A stretch of 64,000 bases of DNA from a virus. A program made the position numbers and the translations under genes. The stretch lies in the IMG/VR virus record IMGVR_UViG_3300046171_000225, positions 99,027 to 163,026 of that record; one strand, 5' to 3'. This document shows, in pieces, positions 9,762 to 18,300 of the stretch. The notes beneath the pieces are model-generated. The model saw nothing but the letters and a program-made list of their open reading frames with translations. It did no database searches and was not told where the DNA came from. The stretch's first letter is position 1. Every line of letters begins with the position of its first letter.

Positions 9762-9783
9762 GAAAATCTTTTTTGGAGGCACC

Positions 9784-10152
9784 ATGGAAAGGAAATCATG
9801 CGAGCAGTGTGGTCAAGTTTACTTCTCCGCCTACGCCAGAAGTACAAGGTGCTACCCTTGCTTCTCCGGCAGGGACTCTCATGCAGTGCAGGCTACCCGC
9901 GCTCTACAAGGATGGGCAACCAACCTTGAGAGAAAGGTCGTCCATCTTGAGTTTCAGATGCGAGCTATGGAACACACGATACACTCTTTGCGTTCGGATG
10001 CCCGCACCAAGACAGGGAAGATGCCAGGAGGAGACCACAAGAAGATTCTTCGCCAGGTCCATCCAGACAGAACGGCGGCTCTCTTGAAGGACGAAGAAAA
10101 ACTACGGTCTGTCTTGACCATGGCTTTCACCCACATCAACGGAAATAGTTGA
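9784..10152 (+). CDS. Zn-finger plus truncated J-domain-like protein
   Basis: CEQC...CYPC at the N-terminus; KKILRQVHPDR (HPD motif) near the C-terminus. Confidence 0.55.
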   Translation: MERKSCEQCGQVYFSAYARSTRCYPCFSGRDSHAVQATRALQGWATNLERKVVHLEFQMRAMEHTIHSLRSDARTKTGKMPGGDHKKILRQVHPDRTAALLKDEEKLRSVLTMAFTHINGNS

Positions 10153-10167
10153 GGAGGAAAAAGAAAA

Positions 10168-10443
10168 ATGATTCCAAAGACGAAAGACGAAATCTATTGG
10201 GCTATCAAAGCAAAATTGGATTCAGCTATGCGCCAGTGGAAGAAGCCAGAGAGCTCCAGCATGGCAGACGTCTTCCTCCACATCCATGCAGCACAGAAGG
10301 CCCTAGCCGAGCATGAGCCCGAGGAACAAGAAAAGGAAAACCCACTAGGGGCATACCCTAGCTACGCTCGGTACACCCACGCTGAATGGTACAGACGCCA
10401 CCAGCACAAGACGGTTGTTGAGGAGGTGAAGGATGAAGCATAA
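10168..10443 (+). CDS. hypothetical protein
   Basis: GAGGAGG RBS. Confidence 0.6.
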   Translation: MIPKTKDEIYWAIKAKLDSAMRQWKKPESSSMADVFLHIHAAQKALAEHEPEEQEKENPLGAYPSYARYTHAEWYRRHQHKTVVEEVKDEA

Positions 10444-10633
10444 GGACCACCACTATTGGGAAGGAGACGGTAAGCCCCAGAGAGAGCGTACCGTCAGTGC
10501 AACCAACATGCCTGACGAGTTCTAGACGCCTACTTGGCTGGTCGTTTCTCGTTCGAGGAAGCCTACGCTCTTTACCCCGGACCAGATATTTATTCCTACG
10601 AAGTGAAAGAAGAAATCGGTGAGGAGGTGAAGA

Positions 10634-10954
10634 ATGAAAAATAAAGAGTGGTGGGAAGAAGAAGACTACAACTGGGAAGAAGACTACAACTGGGGAGGTA
10701 CAGAAGACAACCCGTGGGAGAGAGACCTCGCAAAAAGCCTTCTTGACCGAGCATGGAATTCCAAGGGAATGATAGCAAGTATTATTACCCACCATGGGGT
10801 AGAAGAAAGAACCGTAGTAGGAAGGAATGGATTCTACTCTTGGGGAGAAGAAATTATTCTTACACTGGACAGACCTCTGATGGGAAGGACCAGTAATACC
10901 TACACGGTAGACAGAACCAACGTAGGTAGCGTGAGCTTCCACAAGCCCAAGTGA
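10634..10954 (+). CDS. hypothetical protein with EEDYNW tandem repeat
   Basis: GGAGGT RBS; 18-bp exact duplication at 10658-10693. Confidence 0.6.
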   Translation: MKNKEWWEEEDYNWEEDYNWGGTEDNPWERDLAKSLLDRAWNSKGMIASIITHHGVEERTVVGRNGFYSWGEEIILTLDRPLMGRTSNTYTVDRTNVGSVSFHKPK

Positions 10955-11022
10955 GGGGTGTGGGATGGAGTGGTGGAGAGTGGGTGAATGTGGGGTGAAG
11001 TGGGAAGAAGGGGTAGGTGGGT
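10951..11022 (+). repeat. C-free G-rich tract with ~10-nt GTGG(G) periodicity
   Basis: tgggatggag/tggtggagag/tgggtgaatg/tggggtgaag/tgggaagaag. Confidence 0.7.
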
Positions 11023-11157
11023 CTAGTCCAAGAAAAAGAAAAGACGAGGGAGCATAGAAATTAGCTCAACCTCGCCAGAAAGGGAAATGTGTCAGGTACG
11101 GAGTAAATAGTTCTCCGTTGGAGAAAAAGAATATCTTTTCGAGGAGTGGAGGAATAA

Positions 11158-11388
11158 ATGCTGGTAGAACGAAAAGGAAAGGAATTCGGAGAGAAAATGT
11201 TTCTGGATTGGTTCTTTGAAGGACAAAAAGAAGCTGCTCTAGTAGAAGTTTTCCTCCAGGCACAAAAAGAAACTTCTTCTCTACAGCAGAAAGAAAAGAA
11301 ACCCTTCATTGATGCGTTCGAGAAGGGTTGGGAAGGAGCACGAGCACAGGTCTTCTGCATCTTTCCAGAACCAGCAGGAGAGGCATAG
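11158..11388 (+). CDS. hypothetical protein
   Basis: GGAGGA RBS. Confidence 0.5.
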   Translation: MLVERKGKEFGEKMFLDWFFEGQKEAALVEVFLQAQKETSSLQQKEKKPFIDAFEKGWEGARAQVFCIFPEPAGEA

Positions 11389-11460
11389 ATAATTCTTTGC
11401 TCCCTCTACAGGAATCCGATAGCCATCATGGGCACACACTCTCTCTACACGAGGTGAAAC

Positions 11461-11727
11461 ATGGAAGACGAGAAGAACCTGCTACTGGTCCCCAACTACA
11501 TCATGGAAGGCTACAGAACCTATTTTGATTTGGACGGGAAGCAGAAAATGTTGTCTCACGAGGATGCAATTATCTTTTTCTTGAAGTCCGAAGCCTTTTG
11601 GCTTGGTGTCAACACTCCCGAGCTTCACTCATGGGGGATGCAGCGCAGCGACGGAAAGAGTTTCTTTGCCCTCGTCGTCAAGAACGGCACCATCCCAACC
11701 TACGCAGCCAAGAAGGAGGTAGCATGA
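11461..11727 (+). CDS. hypothetical protein
   Basis: GAGGT RBS. Confidence 0.6.
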   Translation: MEDEKNLLLVPNYIMEGYRTYFDLDGKQKMLSHEDAIIFFLKSEAFWLGVNTPELHSWGMQRSDGKSFFALVVKNGTIPTYAAKKEVA

Positions 11728-12245
11728 GCAGCACTATCCACGCCTTGGAAGACGCGAAGGCCATTGTCCGACAGGCCATCGAAGACCGCAAGAAGGGTGT
11801 GCGCTATGACGAGGCGAAGGTGCGTCGTCTAGAAGCCGCTGCGGAGTGGGTACAAGGAGACAGGTACATTCCCATCGGGTCTAGCCTCATGTTTGAGGGG
11901 GTTGACCTTTGGGAACTGTACTACTGGTACGACGCTGGGCTCTGTTCCGACCTGGCATTACCCGAGGACTACTACGCTGCTCGCGTCCCTTCTGTTGAGG
12001 GGCTTGCGTTCGCTGCTGCAACCATTGTGTTCGCTGACCACGGTGACCTCACTGGGGCTCCTGCTGGGTACAGAGCTAGGTGGACGGGCGGTAGCGATAG
12101 CTGGGACAACCTTGAGTGGACTGGAGTCTTTGTAGATTTGAGCACCGACCGAACCTTCGGAACGTGGACAGTCCGGCAGGTTCAAACTAGCACTGGTCGC
12201 AAGTTTCGTGTCTGGGCGTTTGGGAAGGAAGTACGACGAGGGTGA
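11724..12245 (+). CDS. hypothetical protein (GC-rich)
   Basis: AGGAGG RBS and ATGA overlap at MSSTIH. Confidence 0.6.
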   Translation: MSSTIHALEDAKAIVRQAIEDRKKGVRYDEAKVRRLEAAAEWVQGDRYIPIGSSLMFEGVDLWELYYWYDAGLCSDLALPEDYYAARVPSVEGLAFAAATIVFADHGDLTGAPAGYRARWTGGSDSWDNLEWTGVFVDLSTDRTFGTWTVRQVQTSTGRKFRVWAFGKEVRRG

Positions 12246-12344
12246 ACAAAAGAATTATTCTTGACCTCGCAGATAAAGTGAATACTAGGAGGGGGCGGGA
12301 AGCTCCCGACAACCAATAGAGCCCGAAGGGGCACGGAGGCCAAC

Positions 12345-13182
12345 ATGGCACGCATGGCACGAGGCATCATGGGATTGCAGGACGGAGAGCGCGTATCGTT
12401 GGAAGGCTGGTCGTCAGCTTTCGATGATGCGAGAGAGGCAGGGCACATCGGGTATAGCTCTGGTGGCTACTCAGATGGTTCACCCCAAGACGGTAGACCA
12501 CTTGGTTCGCCAGACCTTCGAGGACGCGACGCGCTACAAAGTCACCAGCGCGGACTACGGTGTCACAGGCCTCAAGGGCAAGTACACCAACGCCTCATGG
12601 TACGGGCAGTGGACCTTGGACCCGAAGGACGACTCGGGCATGGGCATCTCCATCATCGCTCGTATGGGCAAGATGCCGTTGAGCGTTGGCGCAGGGAGCA
12701 GAGTTTTTCTTTGCACCAACGGCATGTTCAATGCCTCCGACGCCCACATGAAGTTTGGGCAGACTAACTCGCTCCAACGATACCTTGCCCCCATCCTCAC
12801 CGAGATGAGCCTGCAGGTTGGACCCATGCACGCTCGACGTGTCGCCATGCGTGAAGCCATGCGTGGTGTGCGAGTGACCGAGGCAGGGGCACAGCGTTGG
12901 TTGGGTGAGCTTGCATGGCAGCGACACATTGACGCCGATGGTCCTGTCATCCTCGATGCCCTTCCAGAGAACAGCATCAAGCGCATCGCGGAGGACGTTG
13001 TTCAGCCCCAGCACGACGCCTTCTTGCTGGAGGACGGCACCCGCAGCTTGGACACCTTGTACCAAGCCTCGAACTACTGGTGCCGCTTCACGCCCCATGG
13101 TCAGCGCATGGAAGCCCTACAGGCCATCGACGCGCACTTCCAACGGCTGGTCGAGGCTCCACCGGAGTACCTGTCAGCCTAG
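12345..13182 (+). CDS. DUF932-like protein with an apparent +1 frameshift near 12471
   Basis: GGAGG RBS at 12345; removing one base gives GGY-QMVHP, continuing to GAGSRVFLCTNGM, typical of DUF932/DUF945. Confidence 0.6.
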
Positions 13183-13214
13183 TCACCCTCCTGGCGAATC
13201 GTCCTGGCAAAATG

Positions 13215-13250
13215 AGCCCTCACCGTTTCGGCGGTGGGGGTTTTCTTTTT
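13215..13250 (+). terminator. Rho-independent terminator, copy 1
   Basis: AGCCCTCACCG-TTTCGG-CGGTGGGGG followed by TTTTCTTTTT. Confidence 0.85.
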
Positions 13251-13306
13251 GTTGCACCCCCAAGAAGAACTGACTAGCAGAGCGAAGGAAAAATCCTTTG
13301 GAGGTC

Positions 13307-13522
13307 ATCATGGAGAAGTTCTTGAAGTTCCTTACCACCTGCATGGCCCTCGGCATGTTGCCTTGGGTCGTGGCCAGCCTGCTCAACGTGCTCGTGTTCC
13401 CCCAGTCCAACTGGGCCTGCATGTTCAGCCCCGGAGCCACGACGGCCATCGTCGCCGTTCACTGCATGTGGTGTTGGTGGCTGTTCGGTGTGGTCCACCC
13501 GTACCTCACGACCGAGGACTAG
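13307..13522 (+). CDS. small two-TM membrane protein (GC-rich)
   Basis: GGAGG RBS; hydrophobic ORF flanked by twin terminators; start approximate. Confidence 0.55.
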   Translation: MMEKFLKFLTTCMALGMLPWVVASLLNVLVFPQSNWACMFSPGATTAIVAVHCMWCWWLFGVVHPYLTTED

Positions 13523-13560
13523 CCCCCGCTGCACGCTGGCCGTTGAGCTCAACTGGCCCA

Positions 13561-13595
13561 AGCCCTCACCAAGCCGTTGGTGGGGGTTTTCTTTT
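13561..13595 (+). terminator. Rho-independent terminator, copy 2
   Basis: AGCCCTCACCAA-GCCG-TTGGTGGGGG followed by TTTTCTTTT; near-identical to copy 1. Confidence 0.85.
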
Positions 13596-13856
13596 GCCTT
13601 CATCTCGCGGCCTGAAATGGGTCTAGGAGCTCGGGGTACCCCTCCCCCCCCTCTACCCCCTAGAGATAAGTCCCTAGGGCCTCGCCGCGCCCCACACCAC
13701 CTGATACATCCGCGACACCCACAGAAATTTTCCAGATTTAAGCCCTTTAAAAAAACCTACATAAAAGTTGACTTCCCAAATCGGGCATGCTAAAAATACC
13801 CCCAAATAAAATTTCCAGATTTAGGAATATCCCCCTCACTGTCTAAGGAGCTACAA

Positions 13857-14414
13857 ATGCCTAGTTGCGCAAGCTGTGGAACAGAGTTTGAACTAACCAA
13901 GCCTAACAAACGCTTTTGTTCAAAGAGATGTAAGGATAGGGAAAGAAAGAAAAGATATAGACAAACGGCTAGAGGGCGAGAAAAGCACAATCAGTATCGC
14001 GACAGGTATAGAAAATCAGAAAAGGGTCAAGAGAGGGAAAAAGAATACCGCAAGGGGTACGAGAAAAGGCCCCGAGTGAGATTAAGAAAAAATATAAGCA
14101 AAAGCATACGTGATGCACTTAAGGCAGCTAACAACGTCAAAAAATCAAGCATGTTTGAGAAGCTTCCCTACACGCCATTACAATTAAACGAACACCTAGA
14201 GAAGCAGTTTGATGAAAGAATGAGTTGGGACAACTATGGCACCTATTGGCATATAGATCATATAATACCACAAGCTGCGCTTCCTTATGATAGTATGGAA
14301 CACCCTAACTTCGCTAAGTGTTGGGCGCTTGATAATCTCCAGCCCTTGAGTGCTGTTGAGAATATTAAAAAGGGTAGCCTTCATGAGGGCCAGAGGCATT
14401 ATTTCAGTACCTAG
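13857..14414 (+). CDS. HNH-type endonuclease with N-terminal Zn finger
   Basis: CASC...FCSKRC; MSWDNYGTYWHIDHIIP...CWALDNLQPLSAVENIKKG. Confidence 0.8.
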   Translation: MPSCASCGTEFELTKPNKRFCSKRCKDRERKKRYRQTARGREKHNQYRDRYRKSEKGQEREKEYRKGYEKRPRVRLRKNISKSIRDALKAANNVKKSSMFEKLPYTPLQLNEHLEKQFDERMSWDNYGTYWHIDHIIPQAALPYDSMEHPNFAKCWALDNLQPLSAVENIKKGSLHEGQRHYFST

Positions 14415-14473
14415 GCCTTAATTAAATCTTCTGTGGAACTTGACACCTAACCCCCTATAGGTTAAGCTACCCC

Positions 14474-15100
14474 ATGGAAGACCCCAAAGGAGAAAAAGTT
14501 TGCCCTAGCTGTGGTACTCTTAAGCCCCTAACGGAATATGGGGTACGCAAAAGTAAGAAAAGCGGTAGGAGAAGCTGGTGCAAGGCATGTATGGTTACCC
14601 ATACCCGTATCAGAAGAGAAAAACTAAAAGAAGAGTTCGCTCTAAACCCACCTCAGTACACAGGGGCAATGATTACTTGCCGTAGGTGTGGGGAAGAGAA
14701 GGTTGATTCAGATTACCACTTTGACTACTCTAAGAAATCGGGTATCGGAACCATATGTAAGCCCTGTCATACAGGCGCTAGGGCTACCTCTGTTAAGCGA
14801 CAGCCTAGTGGCATATATACTATAAAAAATAAAAAGAATGGACGCATCTATATTGGACAAGCCATACACTTGGCCCGTAGGTGGGCAGACCACAGGCGTG
14901 GCCTACAAAAAGGCAATCATAATAATAAGGTCCTACAAGCCGACTATGACCTTCATGGTCTAGAGGGCTTTCACTACGAAGTTATAGAAAACATGGGACG
15001 GGGACAAAAGCGCTCTGCTCTACTTCTAAGAGAAATGGAAAAAATTCTGGAACACCATAGTCAAGGAGCAGAACTTTATAACCTTCTTGTTCTCGATTAG
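14474..15100 (+). CDS. GIY-YIG homing endonuclease with Zn-finger repeats
   Basis: SGIYTIKNKKNGRIYIGQA...RWADH...YN; two CxxC pairs N-terminally; TTGACA-N17-TAAGCT upstream. Confidence 0.88.
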   Translation: MEDPKGEKVCPSCGTLKPLTEYGVRKSKKSGRRSWCKACMVTHTRIRREKLKEEFALNPPQYTGAMITCRRCGEEKVDSDYHFDYSKKSGIGTICKPCHTGARATSVKRQPSGIYTIKNKKNGRIYIGQAIHLARRWADHRRGLQKGNHNNKVLQADYDLHGLEGFHYEVIENMGRGQKRSALLLREMEKILEHHSQGAELYNLLVLD

Positions 15101-15109
15101 ACTACTTAT
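15101..15109 (+). promoter_or_regulatory. candidate late promoter ACTA(T/C/A)TTA (representative copy)
   Basis: Intergenic copies at 392, 15101, 17949, 19364, 22887, 28651, 30375, 33479, 35063, 36061 and 60454, each shortly upstream of a start codon. Confidence 0.65.
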
Positions 15110-15129
15110 GGTATAACGGAGTGCTTTAA

Positions 15130-15837
15130 GTGAAAAAATTATTTGAGTCATGGAGAGGCTACTTAACCGAGATGCCAAGAGAGTTTGGCCCTATATTTGA
15201 TCAGCCATATGGTGGAGCTGGTGGAGATGAGGTTGAGGAGTTTAAGAACTTAAGCCGAGAAGAGATTGAAAGAGAGAAAAAATTTGGCAACCTCTACTGC
15301 CAAGAAGATGTTTGTTGGATAGGCAAAAAGGGAAGAATGATCAAGGTTGATCTTGACTATGTCTATCCAATACAGGGAAATATCTTTTATCAAGACAAGC
15401 TTGATTATTTTAAAAATCTGTTTAGGACACAAGATGAAGTTTATCTGCATGCTCCTTACGGGATTTTATCTATTGTTGACCTAGATAGTATTAAGGAAAG
15501 CATAGAATACGAAATGTATAGCGGTGATCATAAAGCCCTAACCACTGGTGATGAAGAGCTTGATGTGTATATTCTCGATAAAGAAAAATATGTAGAGGAT
15601 AATGACCTTGAAGAAGAAGAGGTTCAACAACTCGAGCAAGATCTTCAATACGCTATAGCAAACAACGAGGGAGATTTAGGCGACACAATCTTTCAATCAA
15701 GGGACGGAAACCATAGAATATTTGGGGCTAGAGCTGCGGGTAAAAAATATATTTGGGCGATAATGTATCAAAATCAATACGATGATGTAATGGGTGAAAA
15801 GCCTTGGATGGCTGGATACAAGAAGTATCTAAAATGA
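15130..15837 (+). CDS. leader-bearing protein with a ParB/Srx-like domain
   Basis: N-terminal KKLFESWRGYLTE leader; RDGNHRIFGARAAG resembles the ParB DGxHR motif. Confidence 0.65.
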   Translation: MKKLFESWRGYLTEMPREFGPIFDQPYGGAGGDEVEEFKNLSREEIEREKKFGNLYCQEDVCWIGKKGRMIKVDLDYVYPIQGNIFYQDKLDYFKNLFRTQDEVYLHAPYGILSIVDLDSIKESIEYEMYSGDHKALTTGDEELDVYILDKEKYVEDNDLEEEEVQQLEQDLQYAIANNEGDLGDTIFQSRDGNHRIFGARAAGKKYIWAIMYQNQYDDVMGEKPWMAGYKKYLK

Positions 15838-15862
15838 TTTCTTTACGGGAGACGGAAAGCAA

Positions 15863-16714
15863 ATGAAAAAATTATTTGAGTCATGGAGGAGGTATGTTGG
15901 AGAAGGTATTCTCCAAGAGGTTCCTCTAGAGGGCTTTGGTAAGTATGGCGATGAGGGAGACGAAAAGTTTAAGTCTATTGCATATGATCAAGTTGATGAT
16001 CCCGACTATGTTAAGCGCTCTGTTGCTCTATTTGAAAAAGTTCCCGATCCCTTTTATATTATTGTTGTTGACAATGTGGGACAAGCTGGTCGTGGCCTAC
16101 CCCCTAAGCTTCCCGAAATAAAAAATTGGGTCGAACAAAAAATGTGCCCGGAGTCCGGCGAGGGGCCGGATGATTGCTGGAGACGGGATGCTAAGTTTCT
16201 TGTTGTTGGGCACCATTCCCTGAGTGATGACTATGAAGGCCCTGAATGGCAACTTGTCCATGATGTTATTGGTCACTCAGCTCAAGACAGCGTTTACCGT
16301 AACTTAGAGAAAGTTCCAGTTACCTCTGGTGGATATGATAACTGGTGGGCTACTAAGTTTCTCTCAAAGTACTATAAAGAAAAAGATGTTGCTCATCGCG
16401 AACTCCAAGGAATTATGATGGAAGAGTTCCCTAAAGCTATTCATCAGGCCCTCCCTGAGCATCTAAGGCTGGGAGAGACAGAAGACGACCTTCTGCCAGA
16501 TATTCTTGGTGCCATCTTCGTTGGAGATTTTGGACCGGAAGACGCAGACAAGGTAGATCTAGAATACCTCAGGGATCTTAATCCTGATATCAGTCCTCTG
16601 GGCCTCCGAGAGCAGGTTAAGACTGCTATTACCTTATATAAAAAATACCTTCTCACATGGTGGGAAGATCAATTAAACCCTAAGGGCGAAATAAGCGTCC
16701 TTATTCCCTTTTAG
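15863..16714 (+). CDS. leader-bearing protein, possible zincin-like domain
   Basis: MKKLFESWRRY leader; LVHDVIGH motif. Confidence 0.6.
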   Translation: MKKLFESWRRYVGEGILQEVPLEGFGKYGDEGDEKFKSIAYDQVDDPDYVKRSVALFEKVPDPFYIIVVDNVGQAGRGLPPKLPEIKNWVEQKMCPESGEGPDDCWRRDAKFLVVGHHSLSDDYEGPEWQLVHDVIGHSAQDSVYRNLEKVPVTSGGYDNWWATKFLSKYYKEKDVAHRELQGIMMEEFPKAIHQALPEHLRLGETEDDLLPDILGAIFVGDFGPEDADKVDLEYLRDLNPDISPLGLREQVKTAITLYKKYLLTWWEDQLNPKGEISVLIPF

Positions 16715-16723
16715 GAGATTGTC

Positions 16724-17062
16724 ATGAGAATCAGGATTATAAAAGCCAAAAGACTTCTAGAAGGAGACGAAGATCCTAGAAGAGGTATGAAAGAAAGAAT
16801 GGAAAAAGCTGAAGAAGCTATTGAGATGTTCTTCGACCAGATCTTTGCACAAGCTCAAAGCGTAGAGGAGCATGATGCTCTTGTAGGACTTTTCTTTGAT
16901 CGCATGGCTATCTACTCTAGTCCACCAGAAGACGGTCTGTCTGATGAAGAGTTCGTAGATTTACTTTTCAAGAACACCAGAAAGATGAAAGAGCCTGCAG
17001 AAATGGATGAGCCGGAGCCTATGAGACCCCAGGGTGCTCAGGACAGAAGGGAAGAGGACTAA
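16724..17062 (+). CDS. hypothetical protein with MRIRII...LLE leader
   Basis: AGGAG RBS; second leader class. Confidence 0.6.
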   Translation: MRIRIIKAKRLLEGDEDPRRGMKERMEKAEEAIEMFFDQIFAQAQSVEEHDALVGLFFDRMAIYSSPPEDGLSDEEFVDLLFKNTRKMKEPAEMDEPEPMRPQGAQDRREED

Positions 17063-17748
17063 TGCAAAAATTATTTGAAGCCTGGAATAAGTTCCTTACA
17101 GAAGACGAAAAGGCTTACTTCCCTTGGCTCGCTGCTCTCCAAAATCTAGAAGATCCAGATCGTGAAGCTGTGGAAGAGGCTTTCCCTGAGTGGGAGCACT
17201 TGGGTGCTGGCTCTTACCGAGCTGTTATGTCTCCAAAGGGCGAAGAGGATTATATTATTAAGGTTATCCACGATAAGAAAGATGCTTACCAAAATGAGAT
17301 GGAGTACGAAGTATCAAAGGATTTTCCTACTCTTTTCCCTAAAGCATTCGCTCATCATCCTAAGTTTAACTGGATCGTCCTTGAGAAAGTCAAGGTTATT
17401 GAGAGTTTGAACATGGAGTTCCGTAGAGCGTTTGAAGCCGCTTTCCCAAAAGTGACAAAATACGCGTCGGACGCTGGGGTAAAGAACTTCTTCCTTGCTT
17501 TCAAGTCCGTACTCTATGCTGCAGCTCTTGGTGCTGACCCGGATGCAGAAGATGATATCTCACCAGCACAGATGGAAAACATTAAAAAGATAAGAGATTT
17601 CGGACTTGAGCAATCTGAGCCTTTCCGTGAACTTGTCAAGGCAATTGCAACATACAAGATCGATGTCTCTGATATTTCAGTTGGAAACATTGGAATCAAT
17701 GATGAAGGTAAATTTATTATTATCGACTCTTCAATTTGGGAGGCGTGA
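17062..17748 (+). CDS. leader-bearing protein kinase-like protein
   Basis: MQKLFEAWNKFLTE leader; LGAGSYRAV glycine loop, YIIK lysine, NEME, DISVGNIG catalytic loop, IIID. Confidence 0.75.
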   Translation: MQKLFEAWNKFLTEDEKAYFPWLAALQNLEDPDREAVEEAFPEWEHLGAGSYRAVMSPKGEEDYIIKVIHDKKDAYQNEMEYEVSKDFPTLFPKAFAHHPKFNWIVLEKVKVIESLNMEFRRAFEAAFPKVTKYASDAGVKNFFLAFKSVLYAAALGADPDAEDDISPAQMENIKKIRDFGLEQSEPFRELVKAIATYKIDVSDISVGNIGINDEGKFIIIDSSIWEA

Positions 17749-17942
17749 TGCAACTCTCTAAGAGGTTTAAGAAAGTTATTGCTTGGAGATTTCTTTCTTT
17801 TTTTGTTACCATACTCATCAATTACCTTGTTTTTGGGTCTTGGAATAAATCTTTTTGGTTTACGGTCGTGCTCATGACCATTTTTACAATTTTACATTAT
17901 TATTTTGAGATGATGTGGGAAAAAATCGAAGATAGGATCTAG
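17748..17942 (+). CDS. DUF2061-like small membrane protein
   Basis: KVIAWRFLS...HYYFEMMWEKI pattern. Confidence 0.55.
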   Translation: MQLSKRFKKVIAWRFLSFFVTILINYLVFGSWNKSFWFTVVLMTIFTILHYYFEMMWEKIEDRI

Positions 17943-17961
17943 TTTTGTACTATTTATACAT

Positions 17962-18300
17962 ATGAATCTGTACCTGTACAAAGCAAAATTAGATCGTGTG
18001 ATTGATGGAGACACTGTCGATGCTATGATCGACCTTGGATTCAACACTTGGGTACATAAAAGAATACGCTTGCTTGGCATAGATGCTCCCGAGACGCGCA
18101 CCAGGGACCTTGAAGAGAAGGCAGCAGGGCTACAGACCAAGGAACGCCTCACGAGCCTTCTAGAGGCCTCAGGAGGCGAGTTTGTCGTTGAATCTCATGG
18201 TGTTGGCAAGTACGGTCGCTGCCTTGGTACTCTATGGATTGGAGATCAAAATATAAATAATCTTCTTCTTTCGGAAGGGCTCGCGGAGGTCTATGAATGA
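17962..18300 (+). CDS. thermonuclease (SNase-like)
   Basis: RVIDGDTVD...RIRLLGIDAPETRT...GKYGRCLG. Confidence 0.9.
   Translation: MNLYLYKAKLDRVIDGDTVDAMIDLGFNTWVHKRIRLLGIDAPETRTRDLEEKAAGLQTKERLTSLLEASGGEFVVESHGVGKYGRCLGTLWIGDQNINNLLLSEGLAEVYE

Noticed and set aside
10658-10693. 18-bp direct repeat as a CRISPR or att site
   Set aside because: There are only two adjacent copies with no spacer, in frame within a CDS (EEDYNW twice).
13857-15100. HNH and GIY-YIG genes as intron-encoded
   Set aside because: No interrupted host gene or recognisable group I intron core flanks them, so they appear free-standing.
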